A stretch of 58,253 nt of DNA, the filler included, from Asterionella formosa (Eukaryota), in assembly GCA_002256025.1 (NCBI GenBank). It is 8 parts of 8 records of this genome, joined end to end, with 100 filler letters (N's around TTAATTAATTAA, not from the genome) between each part and the next. Parts side by side here need not be neighbours in the genome. Positions count along the whole stretch, not along the records: positions 1 to 7,208 come from NKIB01012501.1; positions 7,309 to 14,510 come from NKIB01012502.1; 6 more parts are not named here. One strand, 5' to 3'. Under the pieces are notes generated by a model. It searched no databases. It was not told where the DNA came from and worked only from the letters and a program-made list of their open reading frames with translations. The number at the start of each line of letters is the position of its first letter. Positions within the stretch are counted from its first letter, which is position 1. The translations under genes were made by a program, and so were the position numbers. Positions 1-11,663 of the stretch are shown piece by piece.

Positions 1-331
1 GGATTGGGTTCAAGCGGATGTGGTTGGGTCTCTTTTGGCAGTTGGTTGATGGCGAGTCATGCTGCGTTGTATCGATTCTTCTATTGGAATAATAAGGGTT
101 TTTGAGCGATGTGTTCAGTCCACATTCAGGTATATCTGAATGATGAGGGTCTTCTCGTCTTGCTGCTGTTTGGTGCATGTTAGACAGGCTAGTGCGTTTT
201 TGCAGACGATGCCCAATGATTATGAGACATATAATTGAAAGTAGACTAATCTGTTATTGATTTGCGTCTTACTTTGGTTATTGTCAAACTGCATTTATTC
301 GTTTGAATATTTGCTGGTTTCCCTCATGTTT

Positions 332-1490
332 GGATTTGGTACAACATCATTTGGAGGGATTAGCTCGAATGTGTTGCTCGAAGTAGGTCAGAATGCTGTG
401 AGCTATACAATTTGCAACAATTATTATGGTAACATTTTCGATGCAGGAATGATCTGTTCCTACAGCCCCGGAAAAGATTCTTGTCATGGGGACTCTGGTG
501 GTCCACTCATTCTAGGTGGCAGCAGCAGTGCTGCCACTGATATTCAAGTAGGCATAGTGTCCTTTGGAGATGGCTGTGCTAAAATAGGCGTTCCTGGTAA
601 GCTATTACACAGCGTGGATTCAGAATCAAATTTGTCTCTGGTCGTCATTCAAGCCCGCAACTTGCACCTCAACAACGAATGCTCCAACATCAGTGCTAAC
701 CCAAACTCCAACAAAGGCTCCAGTACTTGCCACCAAGACGCCTACCAAGTCTCCTACCACCAAGACGCCCACCAAGGCTCCTACCACTGTGACACCGACC
801 AAGTCTCCTACCACTGTGACACCTACCAAGGGTCCATTGCCAACCACTGCGACACCCACCAAGGCTCCAGTGCCTGCCACTACGACGCCTACCAATGCTC
901 CTATCACCACGACACCTACCAAGACGCCGACTCAGAGTCCAACAGCAATGCCGACTGCTCTGCAAACAATTTCTGGCACTATTAGTGCTTCTACTTGCAA
1001 TTACTATTCAAGAAATGCCATTACTAATCTGCCTAACACATGCTCCTGTTCCACTGAGTCTTGCTCCTGCACAAATACTGCTGACATTCTCAAATCAAAT
1101 AAAGGGGCAGTTTGTAAAGATTGCCAGTGGTGTCTTGGTGGAGTATGTGCTGTTCCTTTTGGAACCTATGGTGAAAATTCACCCTATTCTCCATTTGGAT
1201 ATGGAACTGGTTTCACTTATACAAGTGGGCGTACTGGAAAGTTCATCATGACAGAAGAACTGAATGCATCCGAGTCTTTTACCTATACTTGCAAGGCGTT
1301 TTACAACGATGTACAGTGTACTTCGTGCAATTATTACTCCTGTGGTGGAAGTTACTGGCCATATGTGGATTGCGGCAATATTCAGCAAGGTGCTACTGCC
1401 AATTTTTGCTACCTAAACAATGGCGTCCCTAACAACCCAAACCATTTGCTGTTTGGGTTGGCTGTTGAGTATTATTCTCCATGCGTTTAG
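332..1490 (+). pseudogene. Trypsin-like (S1) serine protease C-terminal half fused to a PT-rich mucin stalk and a Cys-rich domain; frameshifted and apparently 5'-truncated
   Basis: One frame gives GFGTTSFGG..LLEV, MICS, DSCHGDSGGP (catalytic Ser motif) and QVGIVSFGDGC..GVPG. The expected C-terminal helix VSYYTAWIQNQIC starts at 597 in the frame of ORF 693..1490. No His/Asp half is visible upstream. Confidence 0.75.
700..955 (+). repeat. Coding tandem repeat TPTK(A/S)P (mucin-like stalk)
   Basis: Repeated acRccYaccaag units encode TPTKAPTT/TPTKSPTT. Confidence 0.85.
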
Positions 1491-2018
1491 GTGATGTGAT
1501 GGAGAATGCAGTGTGTGTTTGTTCCTGTTTTATGTGCGATTGCTTCCTATATCGGGCTGTAGTTCTCAAGAAGCTTATTTTTGTACGACCTAACAAACAA
1601 ACCAATCATATATTTATATAGGAATATTAATGACAACTATTTCCCGTTTTCCACCAGGCCATGCAGCTGCAACAAGGGGTATAATAAAATTGGTTCCAAT
1701 ATTCATTTTCATATTTGTTATGCCGTTTTTGTATCACGTGTACCGGTATATAGTTTTGCATCCTAGGGATGCCTATTAGTTCCGCCAATTCCGTAGTGCA
1801 TAGTCTATCGGTATATAAAATATGATAAATGCTAGGTAAAATCTAAATGTTGAACTAATATCATCAGATATAATGGCATGATATCACTTACATGTTACTT
1901 TCTAATTACGACTAGGAATATTGTTACTGATGCATTCGCTTCTATAAATCTGACGACGTACCTTGAATGTTTACCGTTCCTGGTACCAGGTAGTCAGATC
2001 TACCAGTCATTCTTGTAA

Positions 2019-3393
2019 TGTTAAGGCTGAACTAAACAGGCCAGTCTATAGCAAGGTAATGGCCATGATGCCATCGCTCAAGGGAGTGATAAATACGGGA
2101 ACGAGATTGCTCGGGTTCTCCGGGTAATTGGTGACTTACTGCTTACTGCAACTGATGAATCAGATATCCACAGTATTGATGGGTACTGGTACAACGTGGT
2201 TGTACCATCTACGTAGATACATACTAACCTAGTAAAAAGTACTGCTGGAACGGCCTCAAGTCACAACTTGTTGGACCTACCATTACAGCAGGGCACTAAC
2301 ATGCCAATTTGTCTTTAGATAGCATCTTATCAGATTATGAGACCGAGTCTACTAGTTCCTGAGTCGACGAAGAGTGACTAGCAGAACAATGGATCATCCG
2401 AAAGTGGTGGAATTGTCTGGAATGACTCAATATGAGTTAGAAACACTCGCAAACGCCGGTCTGACAAATACAGACAACCTTTCCGTCCTCGAAGAAGCGG
2501 ACATCGTCCAGTTACTTCCCAACTCTTCTATCCTGCTTAGGCGTAAGTTGGCAAGACTTGGGACATTTCTCGCAAGAGGACATGTCGTAAACGTCCAAAC
2601 AACTATGCAGAATATCATGGTGACACTAAGCATGCCCAATGCCACCACGGCATAAGCAGTTGTACCAGCAGCACCAGCCATGCCTGTAGACCCTAGGCGT
2701 GGGGCCCCGAAAATATATGTTGATGCACTCAAGGATTTTTCTGGGGTTCCAGTTGACTGGGAGGAATGGTTCATAGGTACAGGTGCAACACTTGGGCAGA
2801 CAGCATATGCAACACTTTTGACTGATACAGGCAAGCCAGTACCAGCTGATACAGTAGGTATGCCACGTGACCGTGAATTATACAACATGCTGAAGAAAGC
2901 ACTGCATGAGGGGACTGCACATCATATAATTGATGCAAATGGGCTCCAGAGTGGACATGATGCCTGGAATGGATTGAAGATGTGGTATGGAAAAGCAGAA
3001 GTATCAAGGACCCTTATTGATCACTACAGGAATCAACTCAATGAGTTACGACTGTCCAATAAGGTGAAAGCTAACGAGTACATAAACACGTCCATTCTCT
3101 ACAGTCGAAAGTTGGAAGATAAACATGAAGGCTACACTGAAGCAACAAAGCGGACTAAATTCCTTAAACAAATTGAGGATGAAGACTATGATGTTTGCAT
3201 TCATAACCTTTGTGGTGACACCAACAAGACTTTTGATGAGTGTCTTCAATGTATTAATAGCAGAGAAAAGGAATTGAAAAGATTCTCTTGAGAGAGTTCC
3301 ACCAAGGCAAGGCGCGCAACAACTTCTACAAGTAAAGGCTGAGCCACACCTAAATCATCTAAAGACAACCAAATTCCTCTCCTCCCGAAAGAA
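2019..3393 (+). mobile_element. Ty1/Copia (CoDi-like) 5' fragment: LTR 2019-2332, PBS 2333-2347, decayed gag from 2389
   Basis: TGTTAAG...CTTATCA termini are followed directly by GATTATGAGACCGAG. The gag-like frame (DFSGVPVDWEEW, SGHDAWNGLKMWYG) is continuous across in-frame stops at 2653, 3289 and ~3339. It is cut off by the MITE at 3396. Confidence 0.75.
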
Positions 3394-3395
3394 TA

Positions 3396-4405
3396 CATTT
3401 TTTGCATAAAAGTGTCGGTAAATGCATAAAACGTCAGTCAGAGGAGTTTGTGATCATTTCCGCGATGCGAAGTTTTTATTCGCGTAAAGAACAAGCAGTC
3501 TATTGTTGAATGGCTTAAAGTATTTCTATAGTAAGCTGTCAAATGACCTTACCAAGATTCCATAGAAATATGGACCACGACAATTAGTGTGTACATGAAA
3601 CTCACTACAAAATTGACTTAGCGGAATTTGTTGCATCTTGAAATGTTGTACCCTCTCCGAGAATACTGTCTCTCAAGTTTTCTCATCTATTTCTACAAAA
3701 TATAGAAAACCCTTATCTAGTAAAAGTTATCAAGCTAATCATCGCGGACTCAAAACTGTCGCTACTTTGGTCATGTCTTCAAAACTGAGAAAATGACGAC
3801 CGAAAACAACTTCCAGCGCCGATTTTAACTTTTTGTTGTCGATACTAGTGCAAAATATTTTATCATTGAACGATATTCTCGTTTATGATAGTCTACATAA
3901 ATGTGCGAAATAGGAATTGTTCATTGTCAATATTCGTGAAGATATTCAACTCCATAATTTCGTCATGGTCAAGATGGAGTTGCTGTCTCATCAACCCCAT
4001 ACCACAGGCAGCTGTACAAACACGCACACATGCAAGTACTGGAAGTATATACCCAGTAGTATGTATGCCAAGCATATGTACCGGTAATATGTAATGCTAT
4101 ATATGGAATGTACAATGTAAAAACAAGGTCTGTTGCATGTATGATGTGTTCCATCTCGAAAACGTAAGTCCATCTGATACATTATGCATCCGATTTCTCG
4201 ACAAAATGTACAGTAGTACAATCATATTTTTATTTTTCGATTTTCAATATACTAAGTAAAAAGAGTCATTGAAAACTTAGTCAGGAAAAGTTTCTATCAA
4301 TGATAGAAATTAATATTGATTTGCTACAAATTTAGTCAAAAAAAGTATCCCAAGTTCCCCCGACTAACTCATTATGCATTTTTGGACACTTTTATGCAAA
4401 AAGTG
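3396..4405. mobile_element. Non-autonomous TIR DNA element (~1010 bp), Tc1/mariner-type (TA on both flanks)
   Basis: Left end TA|CATTTTTTGCATAAAAGTGTC and right end GACACTTTTATGCAAAAAGTG|TA. The imperfect inverted repeat extends ~55 bp, and there is no long ORF inside. Confidence 0.8.
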
Positions 4406-4407
4406 TA

Positions 4408-4965
4408 ATGGACTGTTTTTTGTATTCCATTCATTGTCACTGCTGTGGTTCTTCTTTTTGTCGTTGTTGATGTTAATGTCTGCTGCCATGTTGTTTGTGG
4501 TATTCCACTCATTGTAGATGCTGTCATTCTGATTATTGTTGTTGATGTTAATATCAGCTGCCACGTCGATTTTTGTATTCCATTCATTGTAGTTTTTGTT
4601 TTTCTGATTATCATTGTTGTTGATGTTTATGTCAACTGCCACGTCGGTTATTGTATTGCATTGTCGTTGTTTTTGATGCTACTGCCCGCTACCTTGGATT
4701 GCCTTGAGTTGTGCATTGTGTTCTTAGTCGGTTTATATGGCGCTGTTGTGTTGTTTGTGAGAATCGCTGCAACTGCATTGTAGTTGGTTTCATATGAAGG
4801 TTCATTCACGAGCAGCAAGTATTCTGCTTCGAAATCAATAGTTTCATGATTGTTTGTCGCCATTCCGCCTGTGTTCGATGCTTCCCTAAAGGTTTCTGCA
4901 GCTGCAACATTCAAAGTGGTTTCCATTATCGTCGTTTCCTTGGGGATGGGGGTATCCACCGCCAT
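4408..4965 (-). pseudogene. Degenerate reading frame with three ~25-aa repeats (AADININNN...NEWNT), function unknown
   Basis: ORFs 4648..4965 and 4364..4642 are separated by a stop and a frame change. A ~75-bp tandem repeat lies at ~4420-4650, and the frame is cut by the MITE end. Confidence 0.4.
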
Positions 4966-6136
4966 GGTGGGGAGGAGGCAACGTTCAACAAAAGCGCTAC
5001 TTAGCCTTACCTGCTGTAGGCTCCTGGTACACCTGAATCTGCAGTAACTTAGTATGTGTTTTCAATTTCCATGTTAGCAGAACTATAAAATATTTCCATT
5101 TATTTATATTACCTGTAACCGTTATAAAGTTTCAAACGAAAAGGGCTGCCACCTTTCACAGCAGAATCGCTGACTACCAACTTCAACTTGCTGACTGCGA
5201 CTTCTTTTTGCTAACTGCTGATTTGATTTCTGAAAATTTGAAATATTCGCTGACTGCTGACTTCATTTGCTGACTACTGACATGCAGTCGCTGACTGCTA
5301 ACTTCAATATGCTGACGTCAAGCAACCTACTTTATACACAGGATGAGGCCACCTACCGGTACCAGTGTACGAATCGTGTCTACTTTTCATATTTGAATAA
5401 CGATGGAAACGCATCTTTCCGTTATTGGAATACTAAACGCGATGCCTTCTACGTTCAGACTACCTGGTACCGGGAGTAACACAGAGGTTCCTGCTACTCC
5501 GTACATGATATAAACTGTGAAATAGACTGAAAAAAACATTGCTATGTATCTACTTCTGAACGAATATTGCAGTGCAGTATGGGCGCGTGGATGAATGTAC
5601 CGTGTCATACGGTACAGGGGACTAACTAGTCGTTAGAGTGTTTTAGCGATAGTACAGCGTGCAGGCTTGGAGCAGCGAATGCGCTAGAATGGCGTAGGTT
5701 TATATATCTTTAAGTCTATCTTTTCAACCTTTATCTTTCTTTCCTTGTGCACCATGTAAGTTGTGCTGCCGACAACACTAGCGTATTTATTCGGTTTATC
5801 AGACCCACCGCTCTATCGATTACCACTTGAGTTATCTTTGAATCGGAGAAGAGCGTACAGTGCGAGCGAATAGGAGCGTCGAATTCGAACCATCGAGACA
5901 AGACGTCTGGCATTACGTGTTCGTAACGAATTTTTCATATTCAGTATGTAGTGTCACGTGTGCGTACCGAATTTGGATGATGACGATCATTCGCAGGCGT
6001 CGGTGACCGTGTGCACTCGAGTTGTACCGACGGGTATCCGCAGACGACCAGCGAGCGATAGCGATTGTGGCCGGAGTTGAACTGATCACTCAACAACGGC
6101 ATTAGCGTAACTGTGCTGCCTGCACACAAGTACTAT

Positions 6137-6230
6137 TCGTTACAGCGGGAATCCACCGACGACATGCGTTTGCGTTTGCGAAAATCGTTACAGCGGGAAT
6201 CCACTGACGACATGCGTTTGCGTTTGCGAA
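6137..6230 (+). repeat. 48-bp tandem duplication in the Copia leader
   Basis: TCGTTACAGCGGGAATCCACYGACGACATGCGTTTGCGTTTGCGAA occurs at 6137 and 6185. Confidence 0.95.
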
Positions 6231-6270
6231 TTACTATCATTCTCTTTTCCCAGCAAATCCACTCATTATC

Positions 6271-7208
6271 ATGGCGAATAACTTGGTCGGAGTCGCCCAC
6301 GTTCTGTTGGCAATCGGTTTTGAGGTCGCTGTCGAACGTTTGAACATCATGGCAGCAGGTATTAGCGAGTTTGAGGACTTCCGTTATCTAGTAGAAAAGG
6401 ACATTCGTGACATGGCGGACGAATTTGCGAAGCGTAGCGTGGCAAACATTAAGATTGTTTTTGGACTTGGACGCACAAAGAAATTGACAGGCGTTATGCA
6501 TTGGGTCCAGGATTGTCATCGAGTTAACGACGTTCCGGACCACAACGATTTCAATGTTGAGATTCTATATCAATCGTTGAGCCTTGCGCAGATCAGGAAG
6601 TCCGACATAGATCTCGTGGCTACTAATTCCAAGGCTGCCGATCCGGGAAAATTCAAAGATGAGAGGAAGTGGCCTGAATGGGAAAAGGCCTTTATCAACT
6701 ACTTGGCTGTCATTCCCGGCGTTAGCGGCATACCGTTATCTTATGTGGTAAGAGAAGCAGAGGATCCCGAAGCTGAGGCCGATTATGGCTCATTCAACGA
6801 GCGCATGATCCATCGTGCCCCCCTTAACGGTCAGTATTACATTGCGGATGCGAGACGTGTGCATACACTGTTACTTGGTTTTCTACAGGGCGAACAGACA
6901 GAAAATTGGATTCGTTCCATCTCTCGCTATCAGGACGGTCGTAGGGACATGGTCGCATTGAGGCGGTACTATGCTGGCGAAGGAAATTCCACACGTAGGA
7001 TTGCTGACGCCAAGAAGATTCAATCGTCCCTCCACTACAAGACAGAGCGTGCGTTACCTTTTAACAAGTTCTTGGATTCACTACAACGTATGTTCACGAT
7101 CTTCGAAGAAGAGAACGAGCCTTTGTCCGAAAGAGCGAAAGTAGACGAGCTATTGTCCAAAGTGCAGAGCTCCGGCTTATCTGCCGCAGTCGCCCAACTC
7201 AGATACCA
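6271..7208 (+). CDS. Copia gag polyprotein N-terminus (partial, runs off the scaffold)
   Basis: Uninterrupted 312 codons with ADPGKFKDERKWPEWEKAFINYL..IPGVSGIPLSYVVR and QDGRRDMVALRRYYAGEG, typical of diatom Copia gag. Confidence 0.8.
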
Positions 7209-7308
7209 NNNNNNNNNNNNNNNNNNNNNNNNNNNNNNNNNNNNNNNNNNNNTTAATTAATTAANNNNNNNNNNNNNNNNNNNNNNNNNNNNNNNNNNNN
7301 NNNNNNNN
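7209..7308. other. Artificial scaffold-joining linker
   Basis: N44-TTAATTAATTAA-N44, which gives stops in all six frames. Confidence 0.97.
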
Positions 7309-7933
7309 TCGCCCAAGAGCTAACCGATGGCAAGGGCATCATTGAGCACCTGCAATCCATGTAAATTAATACATGTTCGACTGTTACATACCAACACTTT
7401 GTTTGAATCATAAGGTAATAATAGGCCGATTTTTCGTTCTCCAATTTAGCAAATTGTAATCTCGATGCCATCGCCTCTTTCCTGATGCGTACCTCTTCGT
7501 AAGAACAAGTGGGCTAAATGTATATCTGGTTTGGATCACAAGCAGGAGCAGATACCAATTTATCTACTGAACTGGCAATGACACAACAACCATTCTCTTC
7601 TCGTGGTATCAGGGTTCACGGCATAGCTATGAGAGCCAGAAGGGAGAAAAGAGGCAGTTGAGTTGTTATGGCAGCGGACAGAACAAAGCATTTCCCTGCA
7701 CCCCCGAACGCCTTGATAATTGGAAGTAGCATAGAGGGCAATAGCTTGCAAACCTCCTGTGGTGGCAGGTTTGATTACAAGATTCTTCACCCTTAGCTAG
7801 GGTCCCAGGGCGTGTGGCTGATGGAAAGGCAGGTCCCATTGTACCATATGGACATATAAAACCTTTATCAAGCAATTGAGTCCATTTATTTTGGCCCTAG
7901 TGCAATTATTGGACAACGTGAAATTAAAATGAT

Positions 7934-8460
7934 AATCTGTTTTATGGCCCATTTGTACTCTCCTTTTTCAAGGCAGGTATTCATTATGCTCTCAGCAAAC
8001 AAGACCTGTGCTTCCCTAGTTTTGTTAGCATAGGTGAGACCCCAAACTCCTTTCATGAAAGTTGATCATCCTAGCTGCAGCATTATTATTCTGGGAAACT
8101 CCGACCACCTAGGAAGTCAGCCCAATTGCTTGTAGAGGGTAACCCACTTTTTCTTTTACACCAGGCAAGACCGTGCGGGACAGTAAGGAGTGTGGGAGTC
8201 GAGCCCAACATTTGCTTCTAAAAAAGGTGTGGGAATCAAACCCCACAACCTCAGATCAAAGGCAGTGTGCATGCTAAACCACTAAGCAAGCCATTCCCTT
8301 ACTTCTATATTTTATATTATATGATCACCTTTCATGAAAGGTGGTTGGGGACTCACCTACACTAACAAAACTAGGGAAGCACAGCAGGTCATGTCAGCAG
8401 GTAGCACAATGAAAGACTTGCATAGAAATAGGGGAGTAAAAATGGGCTATAAAGCATACT
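7934..8460. mobile_element. Fold-back/MITE-like element with ~135-bp imperfect inverted arms (about 7934-8069 and 8321-8460)
   Basis: A perfect 23-bp core CTGTGCTTCCCTAGTTTTGTTAG (8006-8028) is inverted at 8362-8384, and similarity extends to both sides. Confidence 0.8.
8082..8299 (-). mobile_element. Degenerate tRNA-derived SINE-like element
   Basis: Minus strand reads AGGGAATGGCTTGCTTAGTGG (A box-like), then GTGGGGTTTGATTCCCAC (B box/T-arm-like), a second T-arm-like TGGGCTCGACTCCCA, a body and an AATAATAAT tail. No TSD was found. Confidence 0.6.
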
Positions 8461-10210
8461 ATCCTTTAAATATAGAAGTAACCTAAACTATTTTCAACAA
8501 CCAATTTCCATAATTTATTTTCCAAGCCCACATAATTTTCGGAGTCAAATGACAATATTTCTTGTTGAAGTGGAGAATTATTTTTTCATTTCTTATTACC
8601 TCTATCTAGTTATCTCTACTTTTCCATTCACAAATATTCTTCACTATGACTAGCATTAAAACATCAACAAAAAGGAAGGCAGAGAACAGATTCTCAAAAT
8701 GTGATGAATGGGATTGAAACTTACTAGGTTTAGTTTAAGCTTAATTAAGAAACAGTGAGCGAGATTTGACAGAGTAAGGAGGTCAGCTTAAGAATAGCGA
8801 AAACTAGCAAGAAGGCTACTAGCAGAAAAAGGTACACTACTACTAGTACTGACACAACAGGTAAGTCCAACAGTAGAGGATATGCACCCGTCAGACAGGA
8901 AGGATTACCAGTACCCTGGTACATGACCTTGTAACACATGTATGTGTTGCTCACTTGTATTAGTCTGGTGGCAATATAAGTACAGTCTGGACGGTACTAG
9001 CATGGTACAGTGTACTCGTGGATTCTTACTGGTTCCAGGTAACACCAGGTTGCTACTATACTTTTGTGTAGAAGCCGGTAGACTGCTTGCTACCTGTACT
9101 CAATCAGATGGAGCACTTGTTGTTACTGATGCGATTCGGATACCAGGACAATAGCATTGTAAAAGTTTTCATACATAGCTAGATATGATGGCTAAATAAA
9201 TAGTTTCTCTCCTACTCCATCATGCTAATGGAAAACTACTCCTCCGTAGTCAATCGAAAATTTTTGACTTTCTGAAAACTGACATTAACTGGTAACCGTT
9301 CCTAGAGGTTGCGGTTCGTGCAAGTCAGACCTCCCATCTAAAGTGGTTACCAGTTAAGTCTTCTTCATTACGAAAGTTAGTACCACATCCAGTGGATCGT
9401 TTCGAAAATGTCGTCACATATGGGCAATATATTTTTTTTAAGTAATTTCTCTTTTGAACAATCTTCTGATGTCACCATTCATTAGGAGGACAAACTATTC
9501 ACTCTAAATGTTCGTAGAAATTGAATTAACAATTACAGACTTTAAAGTGTTAATCAATACATCTGCTGCTCCTTGATTCACAACAGTAGCTGTATTGTTT
9601 GTCATCATAAGCAAGTGCAACCACGATGGACCTATCAATTTGTTGCAACAAACTGTCGTCATGATGGTACCAGGGACCACCAGTTCCGCCATCAAAGGAG
9701 CGAGGGGGTCGTGAAAAGTTGAAATATTCGACTATGCATCCATAGAGAAAAGTGAAGAATCGAACATAAATTCCCTAAATAACCATTGGTCTACATGACG
9801 TTCCCGTTCACGACATACCGGAGCAAAACTTCTATCCGTCACGAGGAGGACTGCTCCATGTGATATAACGGTACCAGGTATGACAGTATCCATTCGGACT
9901 ACAGGTACCAGCGTACCATACCAGGTACTTAGCTCCTGGTAGTTAATAATATAACAGGTAGCGGTAACTGGTACCGCCGGTACCAGGGGTACACAACAAA
10001 ATATTCTGCCGCCAACAATGCTGAAAGCAATTGCAAAGAATCTTTAGAATCTCGTCAGACGGCAGCTAAAGTTCCAGCCGCTGGAGAATAATGGCAATAA
10101 CACCTCGATTATTCTACCGGTAACTTGATTTATGCACGATCGAATTAGAGGTTAGCATTACGCACACCATCACCCGCCATTGAACGCAAGGACATCAGCC
10201 AATCTTTAAA

Positions 10211-11663
10211 ATGAGAAAGGAAGGAGTCCAAGACGTGTCTGATTTTTGTTTTGACACTGATGACTCAGTTGCCCATCAACCGACTGCCCGGCCAACGAGC
10301 AACGGGAGGAAGAAGCGCCTTTTCATTGTCGTCATTGTTGTGATTTCCATTGCCATTATTGTCGGTGCTGTAATTGGGAGCAAGAACAAGAACAGCAGCA
10401 AAAGCAATGCTGCAGCCATGAAGACAGCTGGAGGACTGAGCATGAGGGAATTTCTTTCCACTGTCGCTCTTCAGCGTGGAGCAGAATTTGACGACCCCAA
10501 ATCGTATCAATCGTTAGCATTGCAATGGATGGAGAGCACAAATAATAGCAGTGTCCTATACTCCAATCAGACACTTATTCAACGATATGTACTGGCCTGC
10601 TTATACTACAATACGTTTGCTGTTGGCACATATTATACCGATGTTTCGTATGGGGAGGGGATTGTTCCGGATTGGGTTAATTCAAAATTCTGGATGACGA
10701 GCCAAGATGAATGTACCTGGTTTGGAATCAAGTGTAATTCGAATAAGGAGATTTCCGCAATTGACATGCCTACAAATAAATTGACTGGAAGTATTCCACC
10801 AGAAATTATTTTGTTGGGGAATAGTTTGGAATTTTTGGACATAAATTACAATGTTGTGTACAATGCTAACGAAGATTTGAATTGGATGGGCCATTTGACG
10901 AAATTGAGTGAGTCCTACTAGGCATGACGATTGGCCTTCATTCCATTGGATGTATCCACATTGAACTAACTTATACGAATGCCCTCATCTTTTCACTGTA
11001 GCCACCTTGCGGTGTGGTTCCTGCTACATTGAGTACTACGGAATTCCTTCATTTATTGGGAACCTCGTCCTTTTGACAGATCTTGATCTTTCTTATACTA
11101 TCATTCAGGGTCCCATCAATGGTCCCGCGTTTGCCACTCTGTCAAAGTTAACATACCTCGATATAGGAGGAAATTCGTATAAGTCCACAATTCCTTCCGA
11201 AATTTACACTCTTCCCCTCCTCGAACGACTGTACATTCAAGAAGCGGATATTAGCGGCAATCTGGAGTTCATCAAGGAAATGCCCAACATTTTTGAGATT
11301 TGGATTGATAGAAATCCAGGACTTAAGGGAACGATCCCGACCGAAATTGGATCGGTTTCATCGTTGGGTTCCATCTCGCTGTCAGGCTGCTCCTTTGAAG
11401 GTCCACTTCCCTCGGAACTTGGAGCCTTGACTGATATGCAGCAAATGTGGTTTTTCAGCAATCAGTTAACAGGTACAATTCCTTCGGGAATTAGTCAAAT
11501 GAAGTATTTGCTAAATTTCCAAACTGAAGACAATTTGTTGAATGGAACCATGCCAGCGGCGATATGCACTAACATAAACCAAGATTCGCTCTTTTTGGCA
11601 ACGGATTGTGCAAATGTCACTTGCTCTTGCTGTGATTGTTGCCAAGAACCATGTAACGGGTAA
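10211..11663 (+). CDS. Type II membrane leucine-rich-repeat (RLP-like) protein, 2 exons (10211-10907, 11002-11663), ~452 aa
   Basis: N-terminal TM helix, an LRR N-cap (WMTSQDECTWFGIKC), plant-type LRRs (NKLTGSIPPEI, NQLTGTIPSGI) and a C-terminal CxCC. Intron GTGAGT(10908)...CTGTAG(11001) joins the two ORFs in frame. Confidence 0.9.

Larger units (their letters stand above)
5603..7208 (+). mobile_element. Ty1/Copia (CoDi-like) element 5' part, apparently young; LTR boundaries uncertain
   Basis: Intact gag ORF, PBS-like TTATCAGACCCACCGCTCTA at 5796-5815, and a long leader. The 5' boundary is a guess (TG at 5603). Confidence 0.65.

Noticed and set aside
626..965. Antisense and alternate-frame ORFs (LVGV, HQDAYQ repeats)
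   Set aside because: These are shadows of the PT-mucin coding repeat.
7253..7264. TTAATTAATTAA as a biological motif or PacI/piggyBac site
   Set aside because: It is identical and centred in every 100-bp N linker, so it is artificial. ORFs ending in ...XXLIN or ...XXN are artefacts.
7309..7900. Gene on the minus strand
   Set aside because: Multiple stops and frameshifts, and no family I can recognise.
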